DNA of 64,000 nucleotides from Narcine bancroftii. Taxonomy: Eukaryota. The notes beneath the pieces are model-generated. The model ran no database searches. It saw only the letters and a list, made by a program, of their open reading frames with translations, and was not told the DNA's origin. Position 1 is the first letter of the stretch, and each line of letters starts with the position of its first letter. The translations under genes and the position numbers were made by a program. The stretch covers positions 190,402,001 through 190,466,000 of the forward strand of contig NC_091470.1 in assembly GCF_036971445.1 (NCBI RefSeq). Direction: 5' to 3'. Of this stretch, positions 1-11,171 are shown piece after piece.

Positions 1-1820
1 GGCCGGGTGCCAACTCATATTATTCCCTTGTGGTGGCTGCGGTGGATGCTGAATCATCTGGTTCGCACCCTTTGAGGGATTCTTTTTTGCCTCGTTTGCC
101 TTTTTCCTAGCCTCTTCCAATTGAAGCTTAAGGAGTTGCACTTGTGCCGACTCCGTAGTTTGTTTGTCCTCCTTTTGCTTAGCCCTGTAACGTTTCATGT
201 GATGGGTCAAATGTTTTTCCCATTGCTCACTCGAGCAGCCAGGAATATCAGGGTTATTCTCTAATGCCTCCCTAACTACAGCTGGCAGTCCGCTCGTTAC
301 TGCAGCCCTAAAGAGTGTAGTCTGCAAGGGATCTGTGGCTGGGTGTACTCCTGCTTTATCCGTCCAACTCTCCCTACACTGACTCAAAAAGGTCAAGATC
401 TCCTCATCCTCCTTTATGGAAAAGGTCAGGGACTGCATGACACCGGGGGGAACGGGAAACTTATCCCGCATTGCCCCTCCTACTGCCGTAGCATGGTTGG
501 CAAATGGCTCGGCATCGAGGCACCTAGTGATTCCTGCGATCATTTCTACCTGCTGTATCTCCCACAGCCCAAGCTGTTTACCCAATAATGCTCTCCAATC
601 CCCTATGGCTATCTTATGTCCCATCGTATATTGGCAGAACTTTCCCATCCACGCTCCACCTCCCTCAGTCGGAGGTGGCATTTTGTCCAAAATACAATTC
701 ATGTCGGTGAATGAGAAGGGTTGATACCTTTCCCCAATTTGCGGACCCTCATAAATTAGCGGCATCTGTCTATACCTTTCTGGAAGCCGTACTTCCTCCC
801 TGTCCCGCAACGCATATCCCAAAGGGGAACGAGGGTTATCCTGACTCTATCTTCTGTGTATGATCATGCTTCCCCTGAACGTGACTGGCTGTTCCTCCTC
901 TTCATTCTCAACACTCACACTAGCTAGATCAGTATCCTCGTTCTGCTCTCTCTCCCGTTCCCATCTGACACTCGCTGGGTCATTTCCCTTCCTATTCTCC
1001 TCTTGTCCCAGCTCTCTCTCATCTGTATTTTCCAAGCCCCTACTATTTTTCCTTACTGCACATCTATCGTTCTGTACTTCGTGCACCCACTCTTTTGTTT
1101 CCTCCACTCTCTCCTGCGCAACTCTCTTCAGTCTCTCCTTTGCCTCATGTAGTTCTGGACCTGTTAACTCAGTGACATTCATTATTCCCTCACTTATCTG
1201 CATCGCTGGCATTTGGGGAATAGGATAAGGTGGTGGCAATGTCTTCGGTAACTCTGGATATAACAGGGCTGACGGCTTCACCTCCCCCGTATTCTCCTTA
1301 GTGATATGGGATCCCTTTTTAATATCATGTTGAAGGTTCGCTTCCACAGCCATGCAAGCCAATGTCATAATGTGTAAATCTGCCCTTCTCTGTTCCTTCA
1401 CTTCTCTCTTGTTTAAACCTTCTTCTATTCCATATAGATCCTTGTCCTTTTGCCTCATGTTCCTGTACCTCCTTGGCTGCTTCCCTCTCTGCTTCTCCTA
1501 AGTACAGTACCAGCCGGATTTTTTCAAATCCTCGTGGTACCTTCCCCTGACTCTGCAGCTCTCTCCATATCTATTCGCACCGTGCCATAGCCTGCACCTC
1601 CTCTCCCTTCGGTAATCCTCCCAGTAATTGATTCCTTGTTTTTTCCCACTGTCGGTTTACAGATGGGGGAACCCCTCTGTCTCCCCCGAGCTCTTGCCCT
1701 ACATCCCTATTTACTCCTTCCATCTCCGTTCCGATCTTTAACCCTTTAGACCGTACTTCACTGGGTCTCTCCCCTGGTAGGATTTTGACACCCTGCAATT
1801 TACTTCGTCCCTTCCCACAT
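1..1820 (-). pseudogene. gag: gag of minus-strand provirus (ERV-A), 3' part runs off the left edge of the window
   Basis: ATG at 1820-1818 plus one extra T restores MGKGRSK (myristoylation motif). Late-domain motifs LYPEL and PPPY lie in ORF 847-1458. After the TAG at 849-847 the frame is open for 282 codons to position 1 (QMPLIYEGPQIGERYQPFSFTDMNCILDKMPPPTEGGGAW...VREALENNPDIPGCSSEQWEKHLTHH). Disablements: TAG at 1573-1571, TAG at 849-847, and at least one frameshift near 1400-1500. It lies downstream of an LTR and PBS. Confidence 0.8.
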
Positions 1821-2089
1821 TATTATGAACACCAGCGGCACACTGTACACAATCCTTAAACAAATACTTATTATAAACTATTATGATACACTAGACGATT
1901 CCTAAACAGATACTTATACACTATAGAAGCAAATAACTATAAAACAATACACCTTATACAGATACTGATTATACACTACTATGGTATACGATCCTTAATC
2001 AAATACTTATTACACACTATAGAAGCAAATAACCATCACCATACACCTTATTCTAATTGGCCAAGTGTCTAAACCTATCTCTCGAGATC

Positions 2090-3240
2090 GCTACGAGGGG
2101 ACTCCATCCCCGTTCTACTAGGAGGACTCCAACCCCCTTTCTACTACAGGGGACTCCCACCCCCTTTTTACTACAGGGGACTCCCACCCCGTTCTACTAG
2201 GGGGACTCCCACCCCGTTCTACTAGGGGGACTCCCACCCCGTTCTACTAGGGGGACTCCCACCCCGTTCTACTAGGGGGACTCCCACCCCGTTCTACTAG
2301 GGGGACTCCCACCCCGTTCTACTAGGGGGACTCCCACCCCGTTCTACTAGGGGGACTCCCACCCCGTTCTACTAGGGGGACTCCCACCCCGTTCTACTAG
2401 GGGGACTCCCACCCCGTTCTACTAGGGGGACTCCCACCCCGTTCTACTAGGGGGACTCCCACCCCGTTCTACTAGGGGGACTCCCACCCCGTTCTACTAG
2501 GGGGACTCCCACCCCGTTCTACTAGGGGGACTCCCACCCCGTTCTACTAGGGGGACTCCCACCCCGTTCTACTAGGGGGACTCCCACCCCGTTCTACTAG
2601 GGGGACTCCCACCCCGTTCTACTAGGGGGACTCCCACCCCGTTCTACTAGGGGGACTCCCACCCCGTTCTACTAGGGGGACTCCCACCCCGTTCTACTAG
2701 GGGGACTCCCACCCCGTTCTACTAGGGGGACTCCCACCCCGTTCTACTAGGGGGACTCCCACCCCGTTCTACTAGGGGGACTCCCACCCCGTTCTACTAG
2801 GGGGACTCCCACCCCGTTCTACTAGGGGGACTCCCACCCCGTTCTACTAGGGGGACTCCCACCCCGTTCTACTAGGGGGACTCCCACCCCGTTCTACTAG
2901 GGGGACTCCCACCCCGTTCTACTAGGGGGACTCCCACCCCGTTCTACTAGGGGGACTCCCACCCCGTTCTACTAGGGGGACTCCCACCCCGTTCTACTAG
3001 GGGGACTCCCACCCCGTTCTACTAGGGGGACTCCCACCCCGTTCTACTAGGGGGACTCCCACCCCGTTCTACTAGGGGGACTCCCACCCCGTTCTACTAG
3101 GGGGACTCCCACCCCGTTCTACTAGGGGGACTCCCACCCCGTTCTACTAGGGGGACTCCCACCCCGTTCTACTAGGGGGACTCCCACCCCGTTCTACTAG
3201 GGGGACTCCCACCCCGTTCTACTAGGGGGATTCCAACCCT
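2090..3240. repeat. 25-bp tandem array (GTTCTACTAGGGGGACTCCCACCCC), about 46 copies, in the ERV-A leader
   Basis: Period of 25 is directly visible. Copies from about 2190 to 3230 are identical and the edge units are degenerate. Confidence 0.98.
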
Positions 3241-3337
3241 CTTTTTTATTCTTTGGCTTTAACGAGGGCTTTTGCAGAGTAGTGGCAACACACAATTTAT
3301 CGTTGCCAATAGCAGAACTTCGTTAAAACAGGCGTCT

Positions 3338-3345
3338 GCTTACCT
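3338..3345 (-). promoter_or_regulatory. putative major splice donor of ERV-A (AG|GTAAGC)
   Basis: Minus strand reads GGGAG|GTAAGCAG about 90 nt downstream of the PBS, the usual retroviral position. Confidence 0.55.
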
Positions 3346-3433
3346 CCCTTTGTAGGCTGGTCACTTGTTGTTATCACCACACCACAATCGACCGGTGTTT
3401 CGTATCTTTTTCTTCCGTCACTTCTCCATCTTC

Positions 3434-3451
3434 ATCACGTCGGGGTCACCA
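3434..3451 (-). promoter_or_regulatory. primer binding site complementary to tRNA-Trp
   Basis: Minus strand TGGTGACCCCGACGTGAT, an 18/18 match to the tRNA-Trp PBS used by ASLV, 3 nt after the LTR ...TCA end. Confidence 0.93.
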
Positions 3452-3454
3452 AAT

Positions 3455-4204
3455 TGACGAACTCTGGCTTTACCTTACTCTTAAATTAGTCTATGTGTAG
3501 TCTGAGTCCAGCGTGTTCTTTGAATGAAGTGATAGGAGAAGGTATTCGGTTCAACAGTCAATTTATTACACAGCACAAGAATAAAACTTAACAGAGCTCT
3601 GGGTCAATCATTAGTTCATAGGTCACCTGCACAGTGAGCTACTCCCCAAGACTGACCCCTATTGTCCAGTTGGCTCAGTTTATATAGATCAACCTTATCA
3701 TACAGAACAAAAGTTGGCTTCCTTTGCTAGATTTCATTATCATACAGAACAAAAGTTGTCTTCCTTTGCTAGATCTTTTTGCATGAGGGTTATCACAAGT
3801 CATCTCCTGTTTTGCAGATATCTGGGGTGTAGCACTCCCATCTTAATCCTCCAGGCCAGACTATCCTGTTGTGTTGATCAGAAATTAATTCATCCCCAGA
3901 TATTTCTAATCACCATTCTGTTCTTGTCTGGCCAATTTCTGCTGTTCTCTTTAACACCTCCTCCTGCCTTAATCTTCCTCCTAGACTGGTTTTCCATTCC
4001 CTTTGTTTCTTGCAGGCCATTCTTTGTTCTGATCTAGCCTGTGTCTCCTGTGCTACTCACCACCTCCTTTAGTTTGAGCATTCCTCCTAAATCGTTTTAT
4101 GCATTTCCTCTCTCTGTATATTGGAGCAGACAGAACCATGCAGTAAATATACACTTATTAATTAATCATTTATTTCATACTGTTTTAACCCCTAGATTCC
4201 AACA
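3455..4204 (-). mobile_element. 5' LTR of ERV-A (~750 bp)
   Basis: Minus strand starts TGTTGG (4204) and ends ...GTCA (3455). It has TATATAAA at 3686-3679 and AATAAA at 3567-3562, followed by the PBS. Confidence 0.85.
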
Positions 4205-4288
4205 GCATTGAGATCAAACAACGGGAGGACGTTAAGGAAGCGCGCTAGGATTAGTTACTGGATCCCGGTAAGAGGAATTTTACTTAGT

Positions 4289-5978
4289 ATGGGAGGTGTG
4301 AGTAGCATGGAAGAGAGTCCTAAGGAAGGATGGGACGATCAGATAGCTAAGCAAAGTCCGTTAGGATTAATGCTATCTGATTGGGGTGCGGGGAGAACCC
4401 GTGGGAAAGACAAACTGACCGTGGTCAGGTATTGCTGTCTGGAATGGGTTAAAAGTCCGATAAAAGGGAGTTCGGTATATTGGCCAAAGCTCAGATCCGA
4501 GGATGACTGGATGTGTCAGGCATTGAATATCTGGCTCTATCAAAACCAAAGAGATAATATTGAGAGCAGGGAATATGCAGCCTGCTGGCTCAGTGGATCG
4601 GTTGATCAACTGGTTTTGAATGAAAAGGAATGTAAGGACAAGAAGGATGAGGAACCTTTAGTCCCTGAAACACAAGGATGGGATGTGTTACATTCCCTTC
4701 CTCCACCTTATGCTCCTCCTATGCCGGCTCCTATATTTCCCCTCTCTTCTATGCTCTACCCTTCTGCACCTTCCCCTCCTCCCCCACAGCTAAAGAAAGG
4801 AGAAGAAAGTAGGGGTGGTATGAGTGACTTGTTCACAAAGTACTAGATTACCACCTCAATTGACAAGAGAGGGAGGAGACTTTACTTCAGAACAGTGTGA
4901 GACCCTCCAGGAGGAAAGAGCAGAACCCTTTGTTTCATTTCCCGGAGAGCAGGAACCTAGACATAATATGCCAGAGATTAACTGGATGAGACCTCTGCGG
5001 GAAGTTCCCATGGGAGGGGGTCTCGGTTTCGTAAAGGTACCCCTGACTAGTACGGAGGTGCATAACTTTAAGAGAGAAATGACCTCCCTGATAGAGGATC
5101 CTCAGGGATGTGCCGAACAATTAGATCAATTTTTGGGACCAAATATATATACATGGGATGAGTTAACATCGATATTTAGGGCTCTGTTCACTTTGGATGA
5201 ACGTGGGATGATTCGCCAAGCAGGGATTAGAGTCTGGGATAGGGACCACCAAGAGGGACCAGAGGCGATACCTGGGGAACTTAAATTCCCCCTGGCAAAA
5301 CCAATTTGGGATAAGAATACTAATGATGGTCGCACATTAATGGAAGAATATAGGGTTAATCTGATAAAAGGAATCAAGGAATCTGTTCCAAAGGGACAGA
5401 ATTTTAAGAAAGCATTTGAGGTTCCCTAAGGTCCCGAGGAGACCCCCTCTGCATTTCTGAATAGATTGCGCATGGCCATACAGCAATATGGGGGTCTGGA
5501 TGTAGAATCCCCAACGGGTGAACAGTTGGTATTAACGAGCTTCATTATGAACTCAGCCCCAGACATTAGAAGGAAATTGCAGAAGACTGAGAATTGGCAT
5601 GAGCAGGGAATAACCCAGCTTCTACAGATCGCACAAAGAGCATTCGTCCAGAGGTCTGAGGATAAACAGAAAGGATGCAGGCAGTCAAGGAAGTCGCGGA
5701 GGAACAGCAAGGAAAGGGTAGAGACTGTGTGCCAGCTCCTGGTTGTTGGGAGGAAAGCCAGGGGTGGGGAAGTAGAGATCAGAGTAGAGGGAGGAGTAGA
5801 GGAGAATTCTGGAGATGACAACCATTCCCAGGACCCCGTGGAGACCCAGGTAGAAATTGGGAAACAGGAGCATTAGTTTGCTACCATTGTAAAAAGGAGG
5901 GACACTTTAAGAGAGAATGCCCAATGGTGAGCCAGGGAGACGCGATCTTACGCCCTGATGGAAGCAGATTATGAATAG
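4289..5978 (+). pseudogene. gag: ERV-B gag (MA-CA-NC), disrupted
   Basis: MGGVSS start at 4289, PPPY and PSAP late domains, CA region, and a single CCHC knuckle CYHCKKEGHFKREC at ~5879-5920. It has several frameshifts and a TAA at 5427. Confidence 0.9.
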
Positions 5979-8900
5979 GGGGGGTCACGGTTCTCAGTCA
6001 ATACACACTGTGAGGCTGCACGGAGAACCATTGGTAAATTTAAGCATAGGACCCCACAGTGACAAGATGGTATTTTTAGTAGATTCTGGGGCAGCCCGGA
6101 CTAGTATTTTACAACCACCCGAGGGTGTTAAGATAGAGGGGATCGTGATGATTTCGGGAGTAGGAGGGAGAGATTTTACGGTCCCTGTATTAAGAGATGT
6201 AAGAATACAAATGGGAGAAAAGATAATAACAGAGGATATTTTACTAGTTCCCCAAGCTGGAGTTTGTTTGTTAGGACGAGATTTACAGGACCAATTGGTT
6301 ATCGGCACCAGACCACAGGAATCGGGTATCGGGGTTTAATTGTATGTATTAAGCGAGGAAGATCGAGAACTAATAAATCCTGGAGTATGGGCAGAAAGAG
6401 GCAATAGAGGAGTGTTATATATTCCTCCCCTGCAAGTTACTTTAAAAGATCCTGAGCAAGTAATTAGACGAAAGCAGTATCCAATTCTGATGGCTGGCCG
6501 AAAGGGGCTGCAGCCAGTAATTGACCAGTTGGTGAAAGATGGTATACTTGAACCTTGTATGTCACCTTTTAATACCCCAATTTTACCTGTCCAAAAACTA
6601 GACGGTACCTATCGATTAGTGCAGGACTTGAGGGAGCTGAACAAAATTATTCTCACCCGTCACCCGGTTGTATCTAATCCCTATACAATAATGGGTAAAA
6701 TCGATCCCCATAGTAAATGGTTTAGTGTGATTGACCTCAAAGATGCTTTCTGGACCTGTCTGTTAGCAACAGAGAGCAGAGACATGTTTGCCTTTGAATG
6801 GGAAAATCCTTTTACTGGATGTAAGAATCAATACCGGTGGACGGTCCTTCCCCAGGGCTTTACAGAATCACCAAATTTATTCGGCTAGGTCTTCGAACAA
6901 ATATTGGATGAGGCTCCTCGGAGAGAGAATTGTCAGTTGATACAATATGTTGATGATTTGTTAATTACGGGAAAAACGTATGAATTAGTTAAACAGTATA
7001 CTGTAGAACTTTTGAATTTTCTGGAGAATAAGGGTCTCAGGGTGAGCGAATCCAAATTACAATTTGTTCAATCAGAAGTTAAATACTTAGGTCATCTGGT
7101 AAGTCAGGGAACAAGGAAAATAAGTCCAGAGAGGATACGTGGTATTCTACAGATCCCCCCTCCCAAGAATGCCCAAGAACTTAGGAAATTCCTTGGTTTG
7201 GTGGGATACTGTAGAATCTGGATTGAAAATTATTCTAGCCTGGTCAAATTCCTCTATGATAAACGCACGATCCTAGGAGGCGAAGCTGTTGTCTGGACAG
7301 AGGAAAAGATTAAAGATTTTAACTTGGTGAAACAGCGCCTTATTAGTGCCCCAGTGTTGGCTTTACCCAAACTAAATAAGCCATTTGGCCTATATACCAA
7401 TGCGAAAGGAGGTGTAGCCACCGGAGTACTAACACAAGAGAGAGCAGGCTGTAGACAGCCAGTTACTTTTCTATCAAAAGTTTTAGACCCTGTTTGTCGT
7501 GGTTGGCCAGAGTGTGTGCAAGCCATCGCAGCCACTGCTATTTTAGTTGAGGAAGGACGAAAGATTACGTTTGGTGCCCCGATGATAGTTCACACCCCTC
7601 ACACAGTCCGTAATATTCTCTTACAGCGTGCTGGATGGTGGCTCACAGACTCTAGAATTTTAAAATATGAAGCGATCCTAATGGATAGGGATGATTTGAC
7701 TCTGATTACGAATAAAGAACACAATCCAGCAGCTTTCTTGGTTTCTCCAAATTCTGACAATACCATAAATGAGTTAGAGCATGTATGTTTAGAGGTAATA
7801 GATTTACAGACCAAAATCAGAGAGGATTTAAGCGATGAGCCTTTACAGGAGGGTGAAAGGTGGTTTATTGATGGATCTTCCCGTTGCATTGATGGCACTC
7901 ACTATAGCGGGTATAGTGTAGTGGATGGGAAAGAAGGAGTGGTGATTGAAGCCGGTCGCCTCCCCGGACATTGGTCAGCACAATCTTGTGAATTGTATGC
8001 CCTCTGTAGAGCTCTCCAGGGTCTAGAGAACAAGGTGGGCACTATCTACACGGACTCAAAATACGCTTTTGGTGTAGTGCACACCTTTGGGAAGATCTGG
8101 AAAGAGCGGGAAATGATAAATGGAAAAGGACAAAAGTTGATCCATGAAAACTTAATTGTCCAATCCCTAGATGCTCTTACATTACCTGAGGAAATAGCTG
8201 TAGTTCATGTACGAAGCCATCAAAGTGGTGACAGTCCTGAAGCACAGGGGAACAGACAGGCAGATGCAGCTCCCAAACAGGCTGTGCTCACGGAAAAAAT
8301 AGATATGCAGCTGTTACTGCCCACCCCACTTGAGGTTAAAAAGACTCCCATCTTTTCACGGGAAGAGGAGGTTTACATGAAGAACCAGGGAATGCATCAA
8401 ACTGTTGATGGGTTGTGGTGGACGGCAGAAGGACGTCAAGTGTTGAACAAAGCCTTGGCTTGGCAAATTATTGATCAGCTACACCAGCAGACACACTGGG
8501 GAACACAGGCACTTGTGGATACTTTTGTACGGTCTTTTCATTGCTCAGGCATATATACTATAGCCAAACAAAGTACTCGGGGTTGTCCAATCTGTCAGAG
8601 AGTAAATAAGAAAGTTATGCACAGGTAAAGCTTGGCGGTCGCGATATAGCTGCACGCCCGTTTCAACGGATACAAATTGACTTTACAGAATTACCTAAGA
8701 TAGGGGTTTACAAATACCTCCTGGTGATGGTAGATCATTTCACACGATGGGTTGAGGCTTTCCCGACCCCTAATGATCGTGCCAGCACCATTATCAGGAT
8801 ACTACTGGAGTCTGTGATTCCACAATATGGTATGATTCAAACCATTGACTCAGATAGAGGTACACATTTTACCTCTCAGGTACTCCAGGGTCTGAGCAAA

Positions 8901-9527
8901 ATACTGGGAATAGATTGGCAGCTCCATACCCCATGGCACCCCCAGAGCTCAGGCCGTGTTGAATGAATGAATCAGACCTTGAAAAATCAGCTCACTCGAC
9001 TTCATGAGGAAACTGGCCTCTCCTGGATTAAATGCTTACCCTTAGCTTTAATTAGGACTCGCACAGCTCCTCGTAAGGACCTTGCTGTCTCACCATATGA
9101 AATTATGTTTGGTCTTCCTTACATGGGATTCCACGCTGACACCCCATATCCCTGAAGCTAATGACCAATACATATCTAAATATTTACAGGGACTTTCTAC
9201 TTCTCTCCATGACTTACGACAGAAAGGTTTATCAGCTCAAACTCCACCCCTGGAGTATCCTATTCATTCTATTAAACCTGGTGATTGGGTATATGTAAAA
9301 GCATGGCAAGATCACCAACTAAAACCTGTCTGGGATGGCCCCTATTATGTACTTTTGATTATAGACACTGCCGTGCGAACGAAATAAAAGGGATGGAGCC
9401 ACATCCAACGAATTAAACGAGCTGCTGAACCACAGACTAACGACATTGATAATCTACCCTCCACCTGGCATGCAGTCCTTCATCCTTCTGATCTGAAAGT
9501 TACACTACGCCGGGATAAAGTGCTGTA
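5979..9527 (+). pseudogene. pol: ERV-B pro-pol (protease, RT, RNase H, integrase), disrupted
   Basis: Protease FLVDSGA/LLGRDL; RT LPQG and YVDD; RNase H WFIDGSS/IYTDSKYAFG; IN HHCC (LHQQTHWG...CPIC), D,D35E (QIDFT/IDSDRG/GRVE) and GPY/F. In-frame stops at 6337, 6886, 8964 and 9385; frameshifts near 8630 and 9150. Confidence 0.96.
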
Positions 9528-10584
9528 ATGTTGTTTTTACCATTTGCTGTTTTATTTACTTGTTGGTTCCCAATTTTTGGAAAATCACCAAACTGCTCAC
9601 AATGTATTAAGTCCTCCTGGAACAAGGGCAGCAGAGGTGACAATTATTTACCTTTAGAATGTAGACAGGGCATAGATATAGAGTATAGTCATAGTGAGGT
9701 ATGGGTTAATATAGGATCCCAACGTGGACCAGGGGAACAGAACGGCTCTAGAGGAGTAGATTTGATTTGTATTTTGGCCTCTACAGGTATTAAAAAGAGG
9801 AATTTTAAAGGGATAGCACAAAGAAGATGGTGGGACAAAGACAGACAGAATGTTAGTCAGGATTGTACATGTAGCAGAGATAGAGTGAATACATATGCTA
9901 ATGTTCACAGACAGGCTGCAACTCACAGGTTCAGTGATAAGAAACAACCCTCCCCAACTTTGTCTCCTGTAGAGCATCCTTTGGGTCACACAGACATTTG
10001 GAATGTTAAGCACCACCTCGGTAAGGGAAGTTCCAGCTGTCAACAACGTAAGCTGCTCCAGAACACCACAGCTGCTTGGCATTTAAATCATTTAATCAGA
10101 CTCCAGGCAGCCTTGGAGATCATCACTGAACAGACAGCGATGGCCCTGAATTTATGGGCTGAAGATACGAGCCACAGTTCAACAAAACCGCCTGGCTCTC
10201 AATTACTCGTTGGCTGCTGAAGGCAGCATTTGTGAAAGACTGATTAATGACAATGCTCACAACGGTCAGGCGGTTAAAGACACTTCTTCAGGAGTTCGAA
10301 AATCTTCCCATGCCCAGGTTCAAACTTGGCAACCTCGATCCAGTGTGGGATGGACTAGACTTTTTATTGGTTGCTGGAGTCTGATACCCACAGCCCTTAT
10401 AGCAGCTGGACTCGCTATTCTGGCCATTATGGTGCTCCCCTGCCTAAAGACTTGTGTGCAGTATTTAATTCAACGGACCCCTCATCAGAACCAAAGGATG
10501 TATGTTTCCCAAATTCTGTCTGATGATGCTGAGACTGCAGTTCGTTTACTGACCAGCTGGGAAAAAGACCAAGTTTACAAGTAA
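9528..10584 (+). pseudogene. env: ERV-B env, internally deleted
   Basis: Signal-peptide-like MLFLPFAVLFTCWFPIFG, heptad LNHLIRLQAALEIITEQ, immunosuppressive-domain-like QNRLALNYSLAAEGSIC (across a frameshift), TM helix LIAAGLAILAIMVLPC. It is only ~1.05 kb and lacks the CX6CC motif. Confidence 0.85.
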
Positions 10585-10617
10585 TATATTCCAGTTGAGA
10601 AGTCACGAAGTGTAGCT

Positions 10618-10634
10618 AAAAGAAAAGTGAGGAC
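10618..10634 (+). promoter_or_regulatory. polypurine tract of ERV-B
   Basis: AAAAGAAAAGTGAGGAC immediately precedes the LTR TG. Confidence 0.8.
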
Positions 10635-11171
10635 TGTGAGAGATGAGTAAAACTGATATAAAAATATGAAGATGAGGAAACTAATATAGATATATGTGTA
10701 ATGAATAAAGCCAGTATGAATAAGATAAGGATAGATAATAGATAATAGAATGTAGGAAGTAAAGTTTGTCTGAATAAGATAAGGGTCTTCTAGCCTTAGA
10801 CAGAATTAGCAAGTTCTGCATATAAGAAGGTTGTAGCACTGAGAGTCGGGAAGGTGTGAATGAGAACAAAGGCAGGTTTGTCAATAAGGACAATGACATG
10901 ATGGGACACCGGATACCCCCTAGTCCTCCAAGTTCACAGCATGGGCAGACAGGATTGCCTAATGCCAAACTCATCCAGGAGGCAGAAGAATGTAAGGGGG
11001 AGGGTACTTCTATACTGAAATCAACTGTATAAAAGTTGGGTGAGCCCCAGTGTATGTGTGTATTCCCAGGGTAAGGGGAAGCACCCAACTTTGCATTGTT
11101 GTATAATAAATGTTTTTTGTTCTCAATTTTTGTCTCGAGCAATTTCTGTGAAGGTACTTCTGTTTCTCACA
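10635..11171 (+). mobile_element. 3' LTR of ERV-B (537 bp)
   Basis: Perfect 7-bp inverted termini TGTGAGA...TCTCACA, TATAAAA near 11028, AATAAA at 11105. Confidence 0.92.

Larger units (their letters stand above)
4205..11171 (+). mobile_element. class I (gamma-like, HERV-I/ChiRV1-like) endogenous retrovirus ERV-B, defective; 5' LTR not in window
   Basis: Order is gag-pro-RT-RH-IN-env-PPT-LTR. Gag motif PLREVPMGGGLGFVKVPLTSTEVHNFKREM and env motif LNHLIRLQAALEII are characteristic of HERV-I/ERV3-like elements. Confidence 0.92.

Noticed and set aside
2090-3240. CRISPR array
   Set aside because: Units are directly adjacent with no unique spacers, there are no cas genes, and the context is a vertebrate proviral leader.
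4208-4288. N-terminal extension of ERV-B Gag (glyco-Gag-like) from TTG 4208
   Set aside because: The start is a non-ATG codon 3 bp from the ERV-A insertion junction, so the upstream context is missing. MGGVSS at 4289 is the better start.
11010-11171. C-terminal part of the 235-aa minus ORF as real Gypsy protein
   Set aside because: It is chance read-through into the ERV-B LTR.
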